From the NCBI GenBank assembly GCA_030264375.1, contig JASCQW010000139.1:22369971-22433970 (forward strand): 64,000 bases of DNA, read 5' to 3'. The notes under the pieces are model-generated. The model did not search any database and was not told the origin of the DNA. It saw only the letters and a list, made by a program, of their open reading frames with translations. Origin of the DNA: Carcharhinus longimanus. Its lineage: Eukaryota. A program made the translations under genes and the position numbers. Below, in pieces: positions 63,494 through 64,000 of the stretch; positions within the stretch are counted from its first letter, which is position 1; each line of letters begins with the position of its first letter.

Positions 63494-63782
63494 CACGGCG
63501 GCACGGTGCTGAGCACTGCTGCCTCACAGCACCAGGGACTTGTTTNNNNNNNTCACTATCTGTGTGGAGTCTGCACGCTTTCCCTGTGTCTGCTTGGGTT
63601 TCCTCTGGGTGCTCCGGTTTCCTCCCACAGTCCAAAAGACGTGCTGGTTAGACACATTGGCCATGCTAAATTCTCCCTTAGTGTACCTGAACAGACACAG
63701 GAATGTGGCGACTAGGGGATTTTCACAGTAACTTCATTGCAGTGTTAATGTAAGCCTACTTGTGCCACTAATAAATAAACTT
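63494..63782 (+). mobile_element. HE1-like SINE, tail B
   Basis: Full copy with a small gap. Confidence 0.8.
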
Positions 63783-64000
63783 CTGAAAGTGGATGCTGAT
63801 AAAGATGCACTCTGTGGCGTAGAGCATCCAGGCCCTCGGTGAATAGGACAAGCAACTGTGTATCTCCTTAACCAATCATTAGAAGGACTGAGAAGGAAGT
63901 GTAAATTAGAATTGGATGTACCAAAAGAGACATTGGGTGGGATTTTACTGCCTCATTTGAGCGAGACTGGAAATTGCTGCCCGAGGTGAATGGACATTTC

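Overview
Repeat-rich vertebrate genomic DNA with many N gaps. The SINE/LINE families (HE1/V-SINE-like, SacSINE1/DeuSINE-like, HER1/CR1-like) point to a shark or other elasmobranch. The only host coding sequence I can support is the first coding exon of complexin-3 (CPLX3) on the minus strand (ATG at 12181, GT donor after 12021). Its later exons are not recognisable in 1-12020, so they probably lie beyond position 1 or in gaps. The exon is bracketed by two non-canonical REST/NRSF RE1 motifs with the same 9-bp spacer length. The remaining ~52 kb upstream is non-coding and filled with transposable-element fossils: tRNA-derived SINEs, CR1, RTE, Rex/Babar and Tx1 LINE fragments, Penelope-like elements with hammerhead-ribozyme-like cores, a Gypsy LTR-gag relic, solo LTRs and a decayed Harbinger-like transposon. 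All other ORFs in the track look spurious or TE-derived. I found no convincing new gene system. The best leads are regulatory (paired RE1 sites, candidate enhancers) and RNA-structural (hammerhead relics). TE family names come from recalled motifs rather than database searches, and most TE boundaries are approximate.
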